A DNA stretch of 64,000 nt from the human T2T-CHM13v2.0 reference genome, Homo sapiens, in the NCBI RefSeq assembly GCF_009914755.1, contig NC_060929.1; one strand, 5' to 3'. Within the stretch, counting starts at the first letter, position 1, and each line of letters begins with the position of its first letter. Made by a program: the position numbers and the translations under genes. Below are positions 13,076-28,020 of this stretch, piece after piece. The notes beneath the pieces were generated by a model that worked only from the letters and a program-made list of their open reading frames with translations, ran no database searches and was not told the origin of the DNA.

Positions 13076-16000
13076 TCAGCGCAGGGGAATTCTCTGCACA
13101 CCCTGTCCTCTGTGAATGCTGCTCTTGTTCCTGACTTCCAGGACCAGGCGAAGGTGGCCCAGCTCCCTCCCCGCAGCCTGTTCCATGGCCCACGGTGCTG
13201 GGCGTGAGACTGCTCCCTGGTTCTGTGGGCTGGGCCCTCCCTCTGGGCAGGTTCTGTGGTGGGAGAGACAACAGGCTCGCTTTGTAACTCCAGCTGCCAG
13301 GTGCACACCCACTGTGTCCTCCAGCCCAGGCGCTTCCTGAAACTCCCCCTTGGTGCTCTGCAGCTTGTTTGCAAAGGTGCTACTTCGCCTGCTGAAATAA
13401 AGTGTCCCATTCAGCTCTCTACTCCCGCGTGGTCTGTTGGTCCACGATTTGCCCTTTGTGAGCAGCTAGCTCAGTGGCGTTTCCTGGAGACAAAGGCCCA
13501 GGGTTGAGGGTGCCGTGGAGACAGCGCTACCTAAGGAAAGGCGCAGCTACAGGGCACAGCCCCTTGCTGGGGGCGGCCGCCGCAGGGCCGGGCATCTGCC
13601 GACCCTCAGCCAGGTCTGGGATCACCCTCACCAGGGCCAGGCCAGTGGGGGACCTGCGGCAGACCTATAGGAGTAGGAGCTGCTCCAGGGCCCCAGCCGT
13701 TGCCCGTCCACGGAGGTCACGTTCAGGCTAAGCTGGGCAGCCCGGCCTTGTGTTGCTGGCCCCCAGCCGAGGGAGGAGCTACGGGAGGGGTTGGGGTGAG
13801 GCTGTGGCTGGGATGTGCAGTGCCCAGCGACGGAGGGTGCTGGACATGTGCCCGGCTACTGGACAGCAGCCAGGGAGCAAGTCACAACAGAAGCCGAGGG
13901 GGAGGATCCTGCATCCCCACTGCTCCAGAAGGTGCATCCAGCTGGGGCGCCCTCACCGTGCGGACACAGGGGCTCCCAGCTTTCTGTGCACGCAAGGCCA
14001 CAGCAGGAGCTTCCCGGGGTCTGCAGATGACCCAAAGCAGAGTTCATTTTCTTCCAGTACCCTCTCTGCTTCTAGAACCTTCCTCCAGCCCCATTCCAGC
14101 GCTCACTCTGGCCGAGACCCCTGCCCACTCACTGGTTGGTGGCCGGCCAGCCGCCCACCCCACGTCAGCAAAGCCAGCTGCCCGTGGCCCGAGGATGTGT
14201 CCTCGCCATGTTCCTACGGCCAGTCCTCCTGAGGCCACCGTGACCCCGAGGGGTCCCGTGACGGGACAGGCAGCTGACCCAGCACTGGCCACGCGGCCAC
14301 CCACTGGAACAGGATGAGAGGAAGCTCCCGGGCAGCAGAAACCAAGCCACCCTCCCCTAGTCACCCCTGCATTTGTCATGTGCCTCCTGCATCTGAGGAT
14401 GCCCTTCGAGGCCCTGGGGGTGGGGGGTGGGTGTGTCCTCTCTCAGACTAAGGAATCCGTGTCTAAGGTGCGGCTGCCCTTGGGATTTTGCAGGGTGGGT
14501 GACGTGCAAAGGGTGGGTGATGTGCACAGGGTTGGGCCTAGGATAGAATTTGGGCTCTAGGGGACTCTGAACAGAGCGGAAACGTAACATCCAGACGTTC
14601 AGGGGCCTGGCTTTTGGGTGCAGCCTCCACCTGGCAGCAGGTTCTGTTCAGGGACAGGGGCTGAGAGCTGGCGCCTGCCCCAGCCTAGTGAGGATGCCAA
14701 CGAAGGCAACTTCTGCTTTTCTTGAGGAAGAAACTTGGCTTTTGACTGGCCGGATTCAATGATTTTTCTTCCCTCCGAAACATTCCCTCCTGTCACTAGA
14801 CTCTTTTCTTTTTGATATCTGTTTCTTTCTTTCTTTAACAATGAGCTCAGCACAAGGGGTGTGTTTGCCACCTGTCAGGAGGCAGCTAAGGGCTTATTGT
14901 AAGAACTTCTTTTCTTCCCATGGCAGCACTGGGGGAGAGGCCATGGCTGTCCCCATTTTATAGAGGAGCAAACCAAGGGCCACAGCCGTCGGTCACCTTG
15001 CTAGGAAGAAGAGGAGGGGAATTTAGGCCCAGCAAGCCGGTGAGCGGCTGGAGCTGTGAGCTTGGTGCTGGGCTGGGCGCCAGGAAGGCCTTGAGTGCTG
15101 GAGGGGCTCTCGGTGGCCTCAGAGTCTCTATAACCTCCCATTCCCACTCCTGTGCTCTGCAGTAAGCTCTGGGGCTCCCCACTGGGAGGGTGGCTGTGCT
15201 CCTGCCCCTTGGGGACTTCCTGGGGGCAGAGGTCTGAGCCATCTCCAGGGCCGGCCCCTGCAGCGCTCAGTTTAGGTGCGATACAAGGGTCTGGCTAGCC
15301 AGGTGTGGGGGCCGGTCACGGGCTGAGGGTTGAGGGAACCGTAACATTTCTGGACGCGTTTTTCTGTGGAGCAGGCAAGGTGGTCTGGTCAGGGTGGTGG
15401 TCTCCCCTGGGCCGTGGCAGGGGTATGGGGACACTGAACCACAGTCGTGGGGTCCACGGCCCAGTTCCAGTAGCCAATCAGGGGCACATGGTCCTGGTTC
15501 TTACCTTGGCTCATTGAGCAGCTGTGCCCAGTGCTGTGGGGTCAGGGGTGACATCCCAGATGGGTCTCCTGGATTTGGGCTGAAAGATCAGTCTTGGGGT
15601 ACCCCCAGGGTCAGGGTGCTCAGAAACCCCCATGGTGGGCCTGGCCTGCCTTCCTGGCCTGCAGCCCTGCCTGATGCCAAAAGGTCACTGGGCCAGTCCT
15701 TGCCCACGGGCCCCTCCCCACGGTGAGACCTGCCCCACTTGAAACTTGCAAACATGGAAACTTGGCGATCTGACCCATGGCCTGGCCCAGCGCTGCGACC
15801 TGATCCTGCGGCCCTGTGGGCCCCGGGCTCCCCATCGAGGTTGGGTTTCCAGGCTGCCTCAGCCTGTTCCAGCGAGAGGCGCTCGGGGTACGCTGGCCCA
15901 AGCCCCGCTGAGGTGCCTCCCAAGGAGGAGCCTGTGACCCTCAAGTGCAGGGGGTTGCAGATGCCCGTGAGCTCTGTCTCCCTCGTGAGTGGCCTGGGCA

Positions 16001-16229
16001 CTGCTGCACGCGGGTGGTGGGGGCTGTGGCCCACCAAGGATTCAGCCTGGTAAGCGGCAGTGGGTGGGAAGGATGGTGTGGGCTCACTTGAGGGTCATGG
16101 GAGTCCGAAAGACTGGGGGACAGACTCAGGCCCGGGGAAGTCACATCCACAGGGACATCAGGTGCCCCCCTTGGGCCACCAGGACCAGACACATAGCACC
16201 CTGGACTCTCATCTCACAGTGTGGATCTG

Positions 16230-16455
16230 TGCACACACAAACATAGACACAGATGCACACAGATAAACACACACAGAGATATACACAGAAATACACACAG
16301 ACATGCAGATACACAGAGACACAGATGGAGACACACAAATATGGAGACACACACAGATACACACAGAAATAGACACAGATACACACAGACATACACAGAC
16401 ACACAGATATGGAGACACACACACCGACACACACACAGAAATACCGACACACACA
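16230..16455. repeat. CA/CAGA-rich degenerate microsatellite
   Basis: Repeated ACACAGA(T/C) units. Confidence 0.9.
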
Positions 16456-17619
16456 GCCAGCTGCTCCACCTTTGTGACCCCACCACCTCCTCCAGGGGCC
16501 CACCCTGATTGACTGAGAAGCTTTTGCTCCTAATTTGCTGAAATGAAGCCACCAGCGCTGGGGGGAGTGTGGCCCCGTGTCCCTTGAGCTCCCCGTGTCC
16601 CTTGCGCTCCCCGTGCTGGCCTCAGAGACCACATGTTCTAGCTGCATGAACAGCCAGCACACGGATAAATCCGTCTCCAGAGGGTACTTTTCGTGCAGAG
16701 CCAGTCGGCTGGGCCCTTTTTCTCCCTGCAGGACACCCTGTGTCTCTGTGGGAGGAGGGCAGTGATGCGGAGTGGGGAGTCCTCCTCAATCAGATAACAT
16801 TGTGTCTCCCAGACGAGAGGCCCATGAAGGTCAGGGAGGGCACAGGGCTCTCGGAGGGAGTGTCTGGGGCCAATGTCACAACCTCTGCTTCACGCCCTTT
16901 CCAGACACAAGCGCAGACACTGAGCAAGGAGGAAGGAAGCTGAGACTCTGCGGGCCCGGGGACTGGCAGGAGCTCTTGTCCATGAGTTGAAGCTGTAGCA
17001 CCAGGGTGGGGACAAGCCGGGCCCATGGTTTCCAGGGCCTCTGTCCTCCGTCCACCTGAGAGTTGTGCCTTGAGACAGGAGGCACTGGGCAGCCAGCACA
17101 GCCGCACTTTGAACAGCCACGCAGAAGCCTCCACCCAGGCAGCCCCTCCTCCCAGGCTGGCCGCACCATCCTTCTGATGAAGAAAAACCAGGTTCAGCCC
17201 TCTCTTATCGGGACACAAAATAAGGGCCCTGGCGCACCAGAGCAGGGTCATCCCCCTAGGGTGCAAGGAGGTGTTTTGGCCTCTAAGGACACAAAGAGCT
17301 GAGTGGAAAGACCAGCCCCTTCTAAGGGGGCGCGTAGAGGCGGATGTAAAGGGCCCCGCCCAGGGCTGGAAAAATGCTGGCCCCAGGCCACGTCCTGGAG
17401 ACTGAGGCTGTGCCTACTGGGAGACCAGGAGCCTTTACCTTTGCAAGGAGCTCCTGGGTGGTCCCAGTGAGTAACGCCCTGAGAGGTTACACCCATATCT
17501 CTCAGGAGTCAGGCTCCTGCCTCTGTGTGGAGCATAGTTCACAGAGACTGGTGCATGGGACACAGGCCACTCAGGGACAGTAGGGTAGATCCAGCTCCAG
17601 GGCCTGAGGAACAAATCAC

Positions 17620-18493
17620 CTACTCATTCATTCACTCATTCTTTCATTCACTCATGAACCCATCCATCCAGTAATCCACCCACCCATCTCCCCATCCATC
17701 CATCCATCCATCCATCCACCCACCCATCTATCCATCCATCCATCCACCCACTCACCCACCCATCTGTCCATCCATCCATCCATCCACCCACTCACCCACC
17801 CACTCATCTGTCCATCCATCCATCCATCCATCCATCCAATCATACATCCATCCTTCCATCCACCCATCCTTTCACCCACCCTTTTATCTACCCACCAACC
17901 CACCCATCTATCCATCCATCCATCCATCCACCTAACCATCTATCCATCCTTGCACCCACTCATCTACCCATCCATCCATCTATCCACCTACTCACCCACC
18001 CACTCATCTATCCATTCATCCATCCACCCACCCATCCTTTCACCCACCCTTCTATCTATCCACTTACCCACCCATCTATCCATCCATCCATCCATCCACC
18101 CATCCATCCATCCATCTGCCCATCCACTCACCCACCTATCCATCCATTCATCCATCCATCCATCCACCCATCATTCATCCATCCATCCATCCACCTATCC
18201 ACCCACCCACCCATCTATCCATCCATCCATCTATCCATCATTCCATTCACCCATAAATCCATCCATCCACCCACCCACTCATCTGTCCATCCATCCATCC
18301 ATCCATCCACCCACTCTTCAGATAGAAATCTATCCACCTACCCACCCATCTATCCATCCATCCATCCATCCATCCACCCACCCAACCACCCACCTATCTA
18401 CTCATCCATCCACCCATCCATCTACCCACCTATCCATCTATTCATCCATCCACCCATTCATCCATCTACCCATCCACCAATCCATCCATTCAT
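17620..18493. repeat. (CCAT)n/(CCAC)n tetranucleotide tract
   Basis: ~870 bp of TCCA/CCCA units. Confidence 0.95.
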
Positions 18494-18732
18494 GGTACGG
18501 GGATGTGCAGAGAATGAGATACCTTATGTGGCTGGGGACACAAAGGGAAACCTCCCAAGGTAGCAGTCCTGAGACGTCTGCCATCAGGAGGGAAGTGAGA
18601 GGCACTGAAGGGGTGTGTAGGGAACCCAGGGAAGGTCAGTCGTGGGGTGGGCAGTGCAGGGAGAAGAAGCATGGGGGAAGCACCTGCCCATCAGGTTGAT
18701 GCCAGGGGTTCAGAGCAGTTAAGAAGAGCCAG

Positions 18733-19117
<385 letters not shown>

Positions 19118-21975
19118 TCAGTCCTGCCTCCAGCTTCCTGGCCAGCCCTGCCTGCCCAGACATCTGAGTCAAAGTAGCCTCTGTCTTCTGTTGTTATTTT
19201 CAACATGTGTGCCTGCCACTCACGGTCCAGAAGGTGATGATGACAAGCACTGAAATAACCTTCTTGATCCAGGTGCTTCCTTTCTCCACAAAGGCCTCCC
19301 TCAACCTAGAAGGCTCCGTGGCTCTTTATGGCCAAGCAAAACCCTGAGTGGTTTCAGGGCTCTTGGTAGCTCCTGCCCACTCCACACACACATAATCTTA
19401 GTCCCATCCTCCCTGCTACAAATTCCTGCAAGTTTCGTACTCAGGAAATGCAGCTGGGGATGGGCACATCTGGGTACCAGGTGCTTTCAGAAGAAGCAGG
19501 TGTGGTCAGGGTGCAACTTATGGCAAAAACAGAACTTTCGGTCAAAAATGTCCTGTGCATGGTGACTGAGCACCACCTTGCGGACAAACTGCCAGTGAGC
19601 CGAGCCCTCCGGGACAGATGCTGGCAGTGGGGGAGGTGGACTCCGTGTAGACAGCTGCGTCCACCTGCATCAACACCACCCCAGAAAGCTCGGTCCTGGC
19701 CTTGCTGTTGGCCCTCGCCCAGGGGTAATATTGGCCTGGCCATCTCTGTCCCAGGCATGCTTTGCCTGCTCCAGAACCCCACAGGACAGGGCCCCCGGCT
19801 TCCCGTCTCCTCGCCCACCGTGCTCCTGACATTGCGTCCACAGCTCCGTCCACAGCCCCTGCCCCTGGTGCTGAGCAGCACTCCATGGCACAGATGTGCC
19901 ACAGCTGCCAGTCACGCTCCTGAGCCTGGACTCTGTGTCATCTCCAGTTTGGCGCAATTACAATATTGAAACACAGCGGCCACGAACCTTCCTGTGCCTG
20001 CATGTGGGCAGATGTCTGCGTCCATTTCTCTCTGGTAAACACCAGGGGGAGCCGCTGGGTCACAGAGTAGAAGGATGTTGCATTTCCTGAAAAAGTGCCA
20101 CACTCTTCCAAATGCCTGTGCCCTTTCCCACGCGTGGGGCCCCTGCCCATTTCGTAAGGCAGATCCGCCTCCATGCCGCACTGCCTCCTCCGTATTTTTG
20201 GCATTCGGTTGCTGAAATAGAACAACAGCCATCTCTGCTCAGCACTGTCCATTCTAGGAACCTGCAAGCATTTCATATACATGATGCTATTTTGGCAGAA
20301 TCCTTAAAAACACAAGTGTTACTACGATGGACAGATGAGTAAACTGAGGCATAGAGCAAGAGATAACTTGCCTGTTTCTGCTTGTTGGTGTTGAGCTCAG
20401 TTGCCCCAACCCCCATCAGGCTGGCCCTGACACAGAGGCCTTGGTCTCCCTCAAAAACCATGATTCTCAAGGTCATAAAGATCCCAACACACGCCCCATC
20501 ACAGGACCCCACCGCACAACTTCCTGAAATGACCACCCCCCAGCCACCGCCCAGAGGCCCCGTGTGCAGCCCTGACCACCAGGCCGGCCCACTTACAACA
20601 CACAGGATCTATTTCTAGGGACCCAGGGCCTTAGGCTGTTGCGTCATCCCAGAGATGGTGCGTGGCGAAGCTCCCAGTGCAATGAGAAATTGTGGTCTTG
20701 ATTTGTATCCAACCGGACGTTTAATATCCGAGACCGTGCCCTGTGGTATGATGGTTGGCGGCAGGCGCTCTGGAGCCTAGTTGGCTTGGGGCCTAACTGC
20801 TGCTCTGGCAACGGTGCCCAATTTTCTCAAAAGTGCGATCGTCCGTAACGATAGCACCAGGGTGGTAGCTGTGAGGTTTGAGAGTCCCAGCACCTACTGG
20901 GACTAGAGAGCCCCAAACACCCAACGATGACTAAGACTCCTGAAGTCTGCGGGTGCCTGGAAACGGCGTGAGGGACGCCTGGGCCCTGGACAGAGCTGCC
21001 TCCTCCTGCCCGTCTTGCCTTGCCGCCTCCCCGCACACTACCAACATCCCCAGCTCCAGGGCCCAGGTGGATCCACGGGTTCCCCACACGGCCAGCTCTC
21101 CGGTGTCCTGGGGTTGGTTCAGTGATGCAAGCATCACCCCGTTGGGATCTGTCATGTCTGGGATTTCCAGGAGGGATCACGAGATTAGAAACGTGGCCAA
21201 GGCCTGGTGCTTCGTGGACGAGAGCTGTGGGAATCGCATTAGGGTCTGGGGAGGTCAGGGGGGCCCCTTGTGCCCCAACCCCCAGAGGACCCTCTGGTTC
21301 CTGGAGGCAAGCCCGCCATGCTCATGTATGACTCTGGAGACCAACCACGCTGGCGCAGGGGTGGTGCAACTCAGGAGGCGAGAGCCTCACTGATGAGGAA
21401 AATGTCACCCTAATGAGGAAAGTGCCATGTACCTGGGTAAGGTGGTGTCTGCTGGAGACTGGAGACTGCGCCTCCCAGCCCAAGCCTGCCGAGCACGGGG
21501 GTTCCTGGGGGGCATGGCAGGGCATCAGCCCCAATGAGGACAGGACAGCCAGGGTCTGAACCCTAAAGGCTACAGCAGGGAAGGAGGGGAGGAGGGAAGG
21601 AGGGCCGGGGGCTGGCCATGACCGGTGTGAGACATGGCCTTGGTGTCTGTCCCCCGCCAACAGACCAAGTCGGGTCACAAAAGGGCCTCCGTTTCAGGAC
21701 AGCTGGCTCAGAAGGAGAACAGAGCACAGAGCCTTTGGTGAGGGAGCAGGGCCTGAGACAAGGCCGGCCCTCCTGTCCTGGACGTCTCGTGTCCCTCAGC
21801 TCATAGCCCTGTCCACTAAAAAAGGAGTCAAGCTTTTAAATAAGGGAAGTTCATCTTATTTGGAAGTTTTTCTGAGCACTGCAGCCCGGGAGGGGTCTTT
21901 CAGAGGCACATGGTCAGGCTGCTGCGGAACAGTCCCAGCTCCTGGCACAGCTCTGGTGATGCAGCTCGAAATGTG

Positions 21976-23269
21976 CACAGAAGTCACGGAAGAGCAGAGT
22001 CACACGGAGCTGCAGTGGGTTACAGAGAACGTCTGGATTATAGACACAGAAGTCACGGAAGAGCAGAGTCACACGGAGCTGCAGTGGGTTACAGAGAACG
22101 TCTGGATTATAGACGCAGAAGTCACGGAAGAGCAGAGTCACACGGAGCTGCAGTGGGTTACAGAGAACGTCTGGATTATAGACACAGAAGTCACGGAAGA
22201 GCAGAGTCACACGGAGCTGCACGTGGGTTACAGAGAACGTCTGGATTATAGACGCAGAAGTCACGGAAGAGCAGAGTCACACGGAGCTGCAGTGGGTTAC
22301 AGAGAACGTCTGGATTATAGACGCAGAAGTCACGGAAGAGCAGAGTCACACGGAGCTGCAGTGGGTTACAGAGAACGTCTGGATTATAGACACAGAAGTC
22401 ACGGAAGAGCAGAGTCACACGGAGCTGCGTGTGGGTTACAGAGAACGTCTGGATTATAGACACAGAAGTCACGGAAGAGCAGAGTCACACGGAGCTGCGT
22501 GTGGGTTACAGAGAACGTCTGGATTATAGACACAGAAGTCACGGAAGAGCAGAGTCACACGGAGCTGCAGTGGGTTGCAGAGAACGTCTGGATTATAGAC
22601 ACAGAAGTCACGGAAGAGCAGAGTCACACGGAGCTGCAGTGGGTTGCAGAGAACGTCTGGATTATAGACACAGAAGTCACGGAAGAGCAGAGTCACACGG
22701 AGCTGCGTGTGGGTTACAGAGAACGTCTGGATTATAGACACAGAAGTCACGGAAGAGCAGAGTCACACGGAGCTGCAGTGGGTTACAGAGAACGTCTGGA
22801 TTATAGACGCAGAAGTCACGGAAGAGCAGAGTCACACGGAGCTGCAGTGGGTTACAGAGAATGTCTGGATTATAGACGCAGAAGTCACGGAAGAGCAGAG
22901 TCACACGGAGCTGCAGTGGGTTACAGAGAACGTCTGGATTATAGACGCAGAAGTCACGGAAGAGCAGAGTCACACGGAGCTGCACGTGGGTTACAGAGAA
23001 CGTCTGGATTATAGACGCAGAAGTCACGGAAGAGCAGAGTCACACGGAGCTGCAGTGGGTTACAGAGAACGTCTGGATTATAGACGCAGAAGTCACGGAA
23101 GAGCAGAGTCACACGGAGCTGCAGTGGGTTACAGAGAACGTCTGGATTATAGACGCAGAAGTCACGGAAGAGCAGAGTCACACGGAGCTGCACGTGGGTT
23201 ACAGAGAACGTCTGGATTATAGACGCAGAAGTCACGGAAGAGCAGAGTCACACGGAGCTGCGTGTGGGT

Positions 23270-23293
<24 letters not shown>
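21976..23293. repeat. 69/70-bp VNTR, 19 copies
   Basis: Unit CACAGAAGTCACGGAAGAGCAGAGTCACACGGAGCTGCAGTGGGTTACAGAGAACGTCTGGATTATAGA starting at 21976, 22045, 22114 ... 23224. 70-bp variants carry GCACGT or GCGTGT. Confidence 0.97.
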
Positions 23294-23932
<639 letters not shown>

Positions 23933-25040
23933 TCCCAGAGGCATAATTACCAACCCTGCCAGACCTTATCTCGTGCAGGACACAGCAAGGACGTGAGTCA
24001 CGTACCGTCTTTAAGGAATGGAGTGGCTCAGGCAGGAGTCGGGGTGACGCATTGTCAGTTCATTGTGTCTTCAGAGCATCTTTCCAGCAAGCGGCAGTCA
24101 TCACAGTCGGGTTGAGAAATGAGGCTGCAAGTGGCAGTGGGCACACACGGCTCCTCGTGCTGCTCCTTTGCCCCACAGCCCCCTTGTTCTTGGTCCTACA
24201 GCATCTTCCTGCATCGTCCACCCTCCACCCTGCTGCCTGTCCCCATCCTTGGTTGAAGTGGATGCCCAGATCCCACGTGTCTAAATATTCAGTTTTAAAT
24301 CTCAGGACAAACTGTCACATAAAGTCAGCTCTGGGCCGTCACAGTGACCCACAAGGCCAGGATCCAGGTAGAATCTTGGCTCTCCGCATTCAGAATGGGA
24401 TCTCTGGCCCAGGCCTCAGGGGGACAAGCTGCCCCCTCCACCCAAGCCCTGAAGGCTCCAGGACGCGCACCCTCAGTCCTCACACTGTCATGGGTGTGTA
24501 ACCTGCCCCAGCACTGTCCAGCAAAGAGGGAGACCCAGCAAAGTGGGAAATGGGAAGGTGGCCTCCTCTGCCCCACCCCATCCCCCAGCAGCCTGGGGAG
24601 ATCAGGAACACGGCGCTGCCCACAGAGGACCCTCCTGGCCCACCGTCCCCTCGTGGCGGGTATCTGCCCTGTGGGCTCGTGAGCTCTGACTTGACTATGG
24701 GCGGTGTGGGGGTGTCCACAAGGCTGTGCGTGGAGGCATGAGCCACCTGGGTGACCCCACCACAGGGACGGAAGCCAGCAGCATGGCTGGGGTGGGAACA
24801 CTGCCTGGCTGGTACCCTGATTCCCCACCTGGATCTGGGGAGTTGGGCCTCTCTGGGGAGGCTTCCCTGACCAAGTGCCATGGGATCCCGGGATGCAAGG
24901 AACTTCCCGTCACCCTATAATGGCCAGTAGGTCCGGGGCTCCTCGCAAGCCCTCCCCTGGCCGAGGCCCCCTTCCGGTCCAGGATTCTGCAGAGTGACCA
25001 AGACCCGGGAGAGTCAGTCCGGAGTAGAAACCACCATACG

Positions 25041-25988
25041 GGCCCGGCCTGGTGGCTCACGCCTGTAATCCTAGCACTTTGGGAGGCCGAGGTGAGTGGG
25101 TTGCCCAAGCTCAGGAATTCGAGACCAGCCTGGGCAACGCGGTGAAACCTCGACTCTACTAAAATACAAATTAGCTGGGCATGGCAGCGTGCACCTGTAA
25201 TCCCAGTTACTCCGGAGACTGAGGCAGGACAATTGCTTGAACTCGGCACGTCCGGAACTGGTTCCTTCCGGTGGGTTCTTAATCTCACTGACTTCAAGAA
25301 TGAAGCCACAGACCCTCGGGTGAGTGTTGCAGTTCTTTGTGTCCGGAGTTCCTTCCGGTGGGTTCCTGGTCTCGCTGACTTCAGGAGTGAAGCCACAGAC
25401 CTTCACAGGGAGTGTTACAGCTCTTACAGGTGGCGCGTTTGGAGTTGTTGGTTCCTCCCAGTGGGTTCGTGGTCTCGCTGGCTTCAAGAATGAAGCTGCA
25501 GACCTCTGCGGGGAGTGTTATAGCTCATAAAGGCAGTGAGGCCCCAAAGAGCAAGCGGCAACAAGACCTATTGCAAAGAGCAAAACAACAAAGCTACCAG
25601 GGTACCGAGAAGGACCCAAACGGTTTGCCACTGCCGGCTCGGCTACCAGCTTTTTATTCCTTTATTTGACCCCGCCCACATCCTGCTGACTGGTCCATTT
25701 TACAGAGTGCTGATTGGTCCATTTTACAGAGTGCTGATTGGCCCATTTTTACAGAGTGCTGATTGGTACGTTTACAAACTTTAGCTAGACACAGCACTGA
25801 TTGGTGCATTTACAAATCTTTAGCTAGACAGAAAAGTTCTCCAAGTCCCCACTCGACCCAGGAAGTCCAGCTGGCTTCACCTCTCACCCGGAGGCGGAGA
25901 TTGCAGTGAGCCGAGATCGCACCATTGCACTCCAGCCTGGTCGACAGAGCGAGACTCCATCTCAAAAAAATAAAAGAAAGAAAGAAAC
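25041..25988 (+). mobile_element. Alu split in its right arm by an LTR12 insertion
   Basis: Alu 25041-25246 stops at GCTTGAACTCGG and resumes at 25887 with CCCGGAGGCGGAGATTGCAGTGAGCCGAG, running to the poly-A tail. Confidence 0.9.
25247..25886 (-). mobile_element. Solo LTR12 (HERV9 LTR, short LTR12/LTR12F-like)
   Basis: Minus strand starts TGAGAGGTGAAGCCAGCTGGACTTCCTGGGTCGAGTGGGGACTTGGAGAACTTTT. Contains four CCAATCAG boxes, an AATAAAAAGC TATA-like element, and the typical GACTTCAAGAATGAAGCC repeats. Confidence 0.9.
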
Positions 25989-27877
25989 GGCCGTGTGGGG
26001 TGGATGGTCGTCAGGGTCCGCACTGCAGAGACCCTGGGAGCTCCTGTGCCTGGTGGGCAGAGAGTGCCCACCATGGTGAAGGGGCCTGCATCTGGCCTGA
26101 CCAAGGACCAGGCCAGCTGATCGCTGCTCAGTGGACTTGGTGTGGACAGAGGGTAGGGAGGCTCCACAGGCCCTGGCCGCAGGCACCTCTGGGAAAGCAT
26201 ATCCACATCATCTTCCACCGTGAGGCGGGTGGCGACCAGAATGCAGTCAGTGTCTTGTATAAAACCCAGCGCGATGCCTGTGTTGCTGCCCCATGTCCCC
26301 AGCGGGGAGAAATCGCTGGGTCTGAGTACTTGAGGATGCAATTCAGACTGTCAGGAGGGGAGCGCCCCACCCAGCCCGAGGGGCCTCGTCCCACCCGTGC
26401 CCAGGGACACACGTGGACGCAGGTGGGGCTGAGCCGCCCCTGGGGTACCGTGGGCACTGGGGCACTGCTGGTGCCATCTCCCACCTCAGGCCCCTCCAAG
26501 GGGTGTCCCTGGGCTGCTTCCCCTCCCTCTGCTGGGGGGCTGCCCTCTCCCTGAAGCACCCCCAGTCCCTCCCCAGCAGACTGATGCCGAGACTGAGGCA
26601 GAGGCTGAAAGTCATTTCCAAAAGGTCCTCGGTGACACTGGAACTCGTTCTGCTTGTTAAAAATTTCAAACCGGAACGAGACTTTGGAGCTTATTTTGTC
26701 CAAGCCTTTTATTTTTCAAAGGAGGCAACTGCACTGAGAGCGTTAGACTCAAGGTGCCTGGCACTGACTCAGGCTCCAGGGCACCCCCTCCCCGGGATGC
26801 CCCACACGAAGCACCCGTCCCTAGAAGGTGGCCCCAGGTTCGTGGTCCCATCTTCAACCCCAGGGTTTACTGTCTCTATATTCTCTGCCGTGAAGTCTAA
26901 GGGCAGCTCAAATTTCATAAACGGAGAAACAGTCCTATTTGTCGATTCTCAACTGCCTTTATCTCCAGAGATCCCGTGAGAGCAGGGATTTGTGGAATGA
27001 CTCACTGTGTAGCGGCGTCTTCTGGCGGTGGACGAGGCCGGGCGCACGATTTTCCCCGTGGGTGAGAGTGCCCTCTGCTGGTCCATCCAGACACCGCTGT
27101 CAACAAAGTTTCCTGAGGAATGGTCACCTGGCTCAGCTGGGGGAACCGGACTCCCCATTCTATCCCATTCCGTGCCCCACCCAGAGTCTTAAGCTAGACC
27201 AAAGCTGATTTTTCTCCCACACTAAGAATATGCCCGGGGCTGGTATAGGGCACCAGGTGTCGGGAATGCAGGCTCTGTGAGTCTCGCCAAGTCACTGAGT
27301 TACCATTGCAGCACAGGCTTCCTCCTGATGGCCCAAGGTGGCTGCTCAGGCTCCAGCCCTCACATGTGCCTTCCAGGCAGCCAGAAGGAGACATGAGGAG
27401 GGGAAGGGCCTGTCCCTTCCTTTAAGAAAACTCCTGGAGGTTGTATTCACACTTTTGCTCACCTGTCATTGACCTAAACATTTTCCTGTGGCCACGCCTG
27501 GCTCCAAGGAAGCTGGGGAGCCAGGGGGTCTAGGAACAGTGAGAGATGCTCATGTTGACAAAGAATGTGCCCGCCAGCCACAGAGCAGCTCCGCCCGGTC
27601 CTACACTCACCCTGCATGCAGCTCCATCGCTTCTCTCAGTGCTGGCGGCTCCAGAGCTTCTGGAGCTGCAGGATGCTTGGAAAGAACATAGACTCAAGGA
27701 AAGTGGCGCCTGGAGCCTGCAGCCACTGGTGAGATGGGTGGAAGCAGCCCTCAGAGGCCGATCCCTCCCTCACACCATCAGGATAGTCTGTTAGCCTCGC
27801 CAGGTCCCAGCTTTCTTGTCCATGGAGTGGGGTTACTAACAGTTCCCACCTCAGAGGCTGGGATTCATAGAGTCTGG

Positions 27878-28020
27878 GTTTTAGGGGAGGCTGGGATCAG
27901 AGAAGCTGGGATCGGGAGGCTGGGAGTGGGGGTCCTGGGATGGAGGAGGCTGGGATTAGGAGGCTGGGATTGGGGAGGCTGGGATTGGGAGGCTGGGATA
28001 GAGGAGGCTGGGATTGAGGG
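27878..28020. repeat. ~14-bp G-rich repeat (GGGAGGCTGGGATT)
   Basis: Tandem GAGGCTGGGA units; G-quadruplex-compatible. Confidence 0.8.

Noticed and set aside
21860-23235. Repetitive ORFs ([23 protein letters not shown])n and a possible CRISPR-like array
   Set aside because: Units are directly adjacent with no unique spacers, the context is eukaryotic, and 70-bp variants repeatedly shift the frame. It is a VNTR, not a gene or CRISPR.
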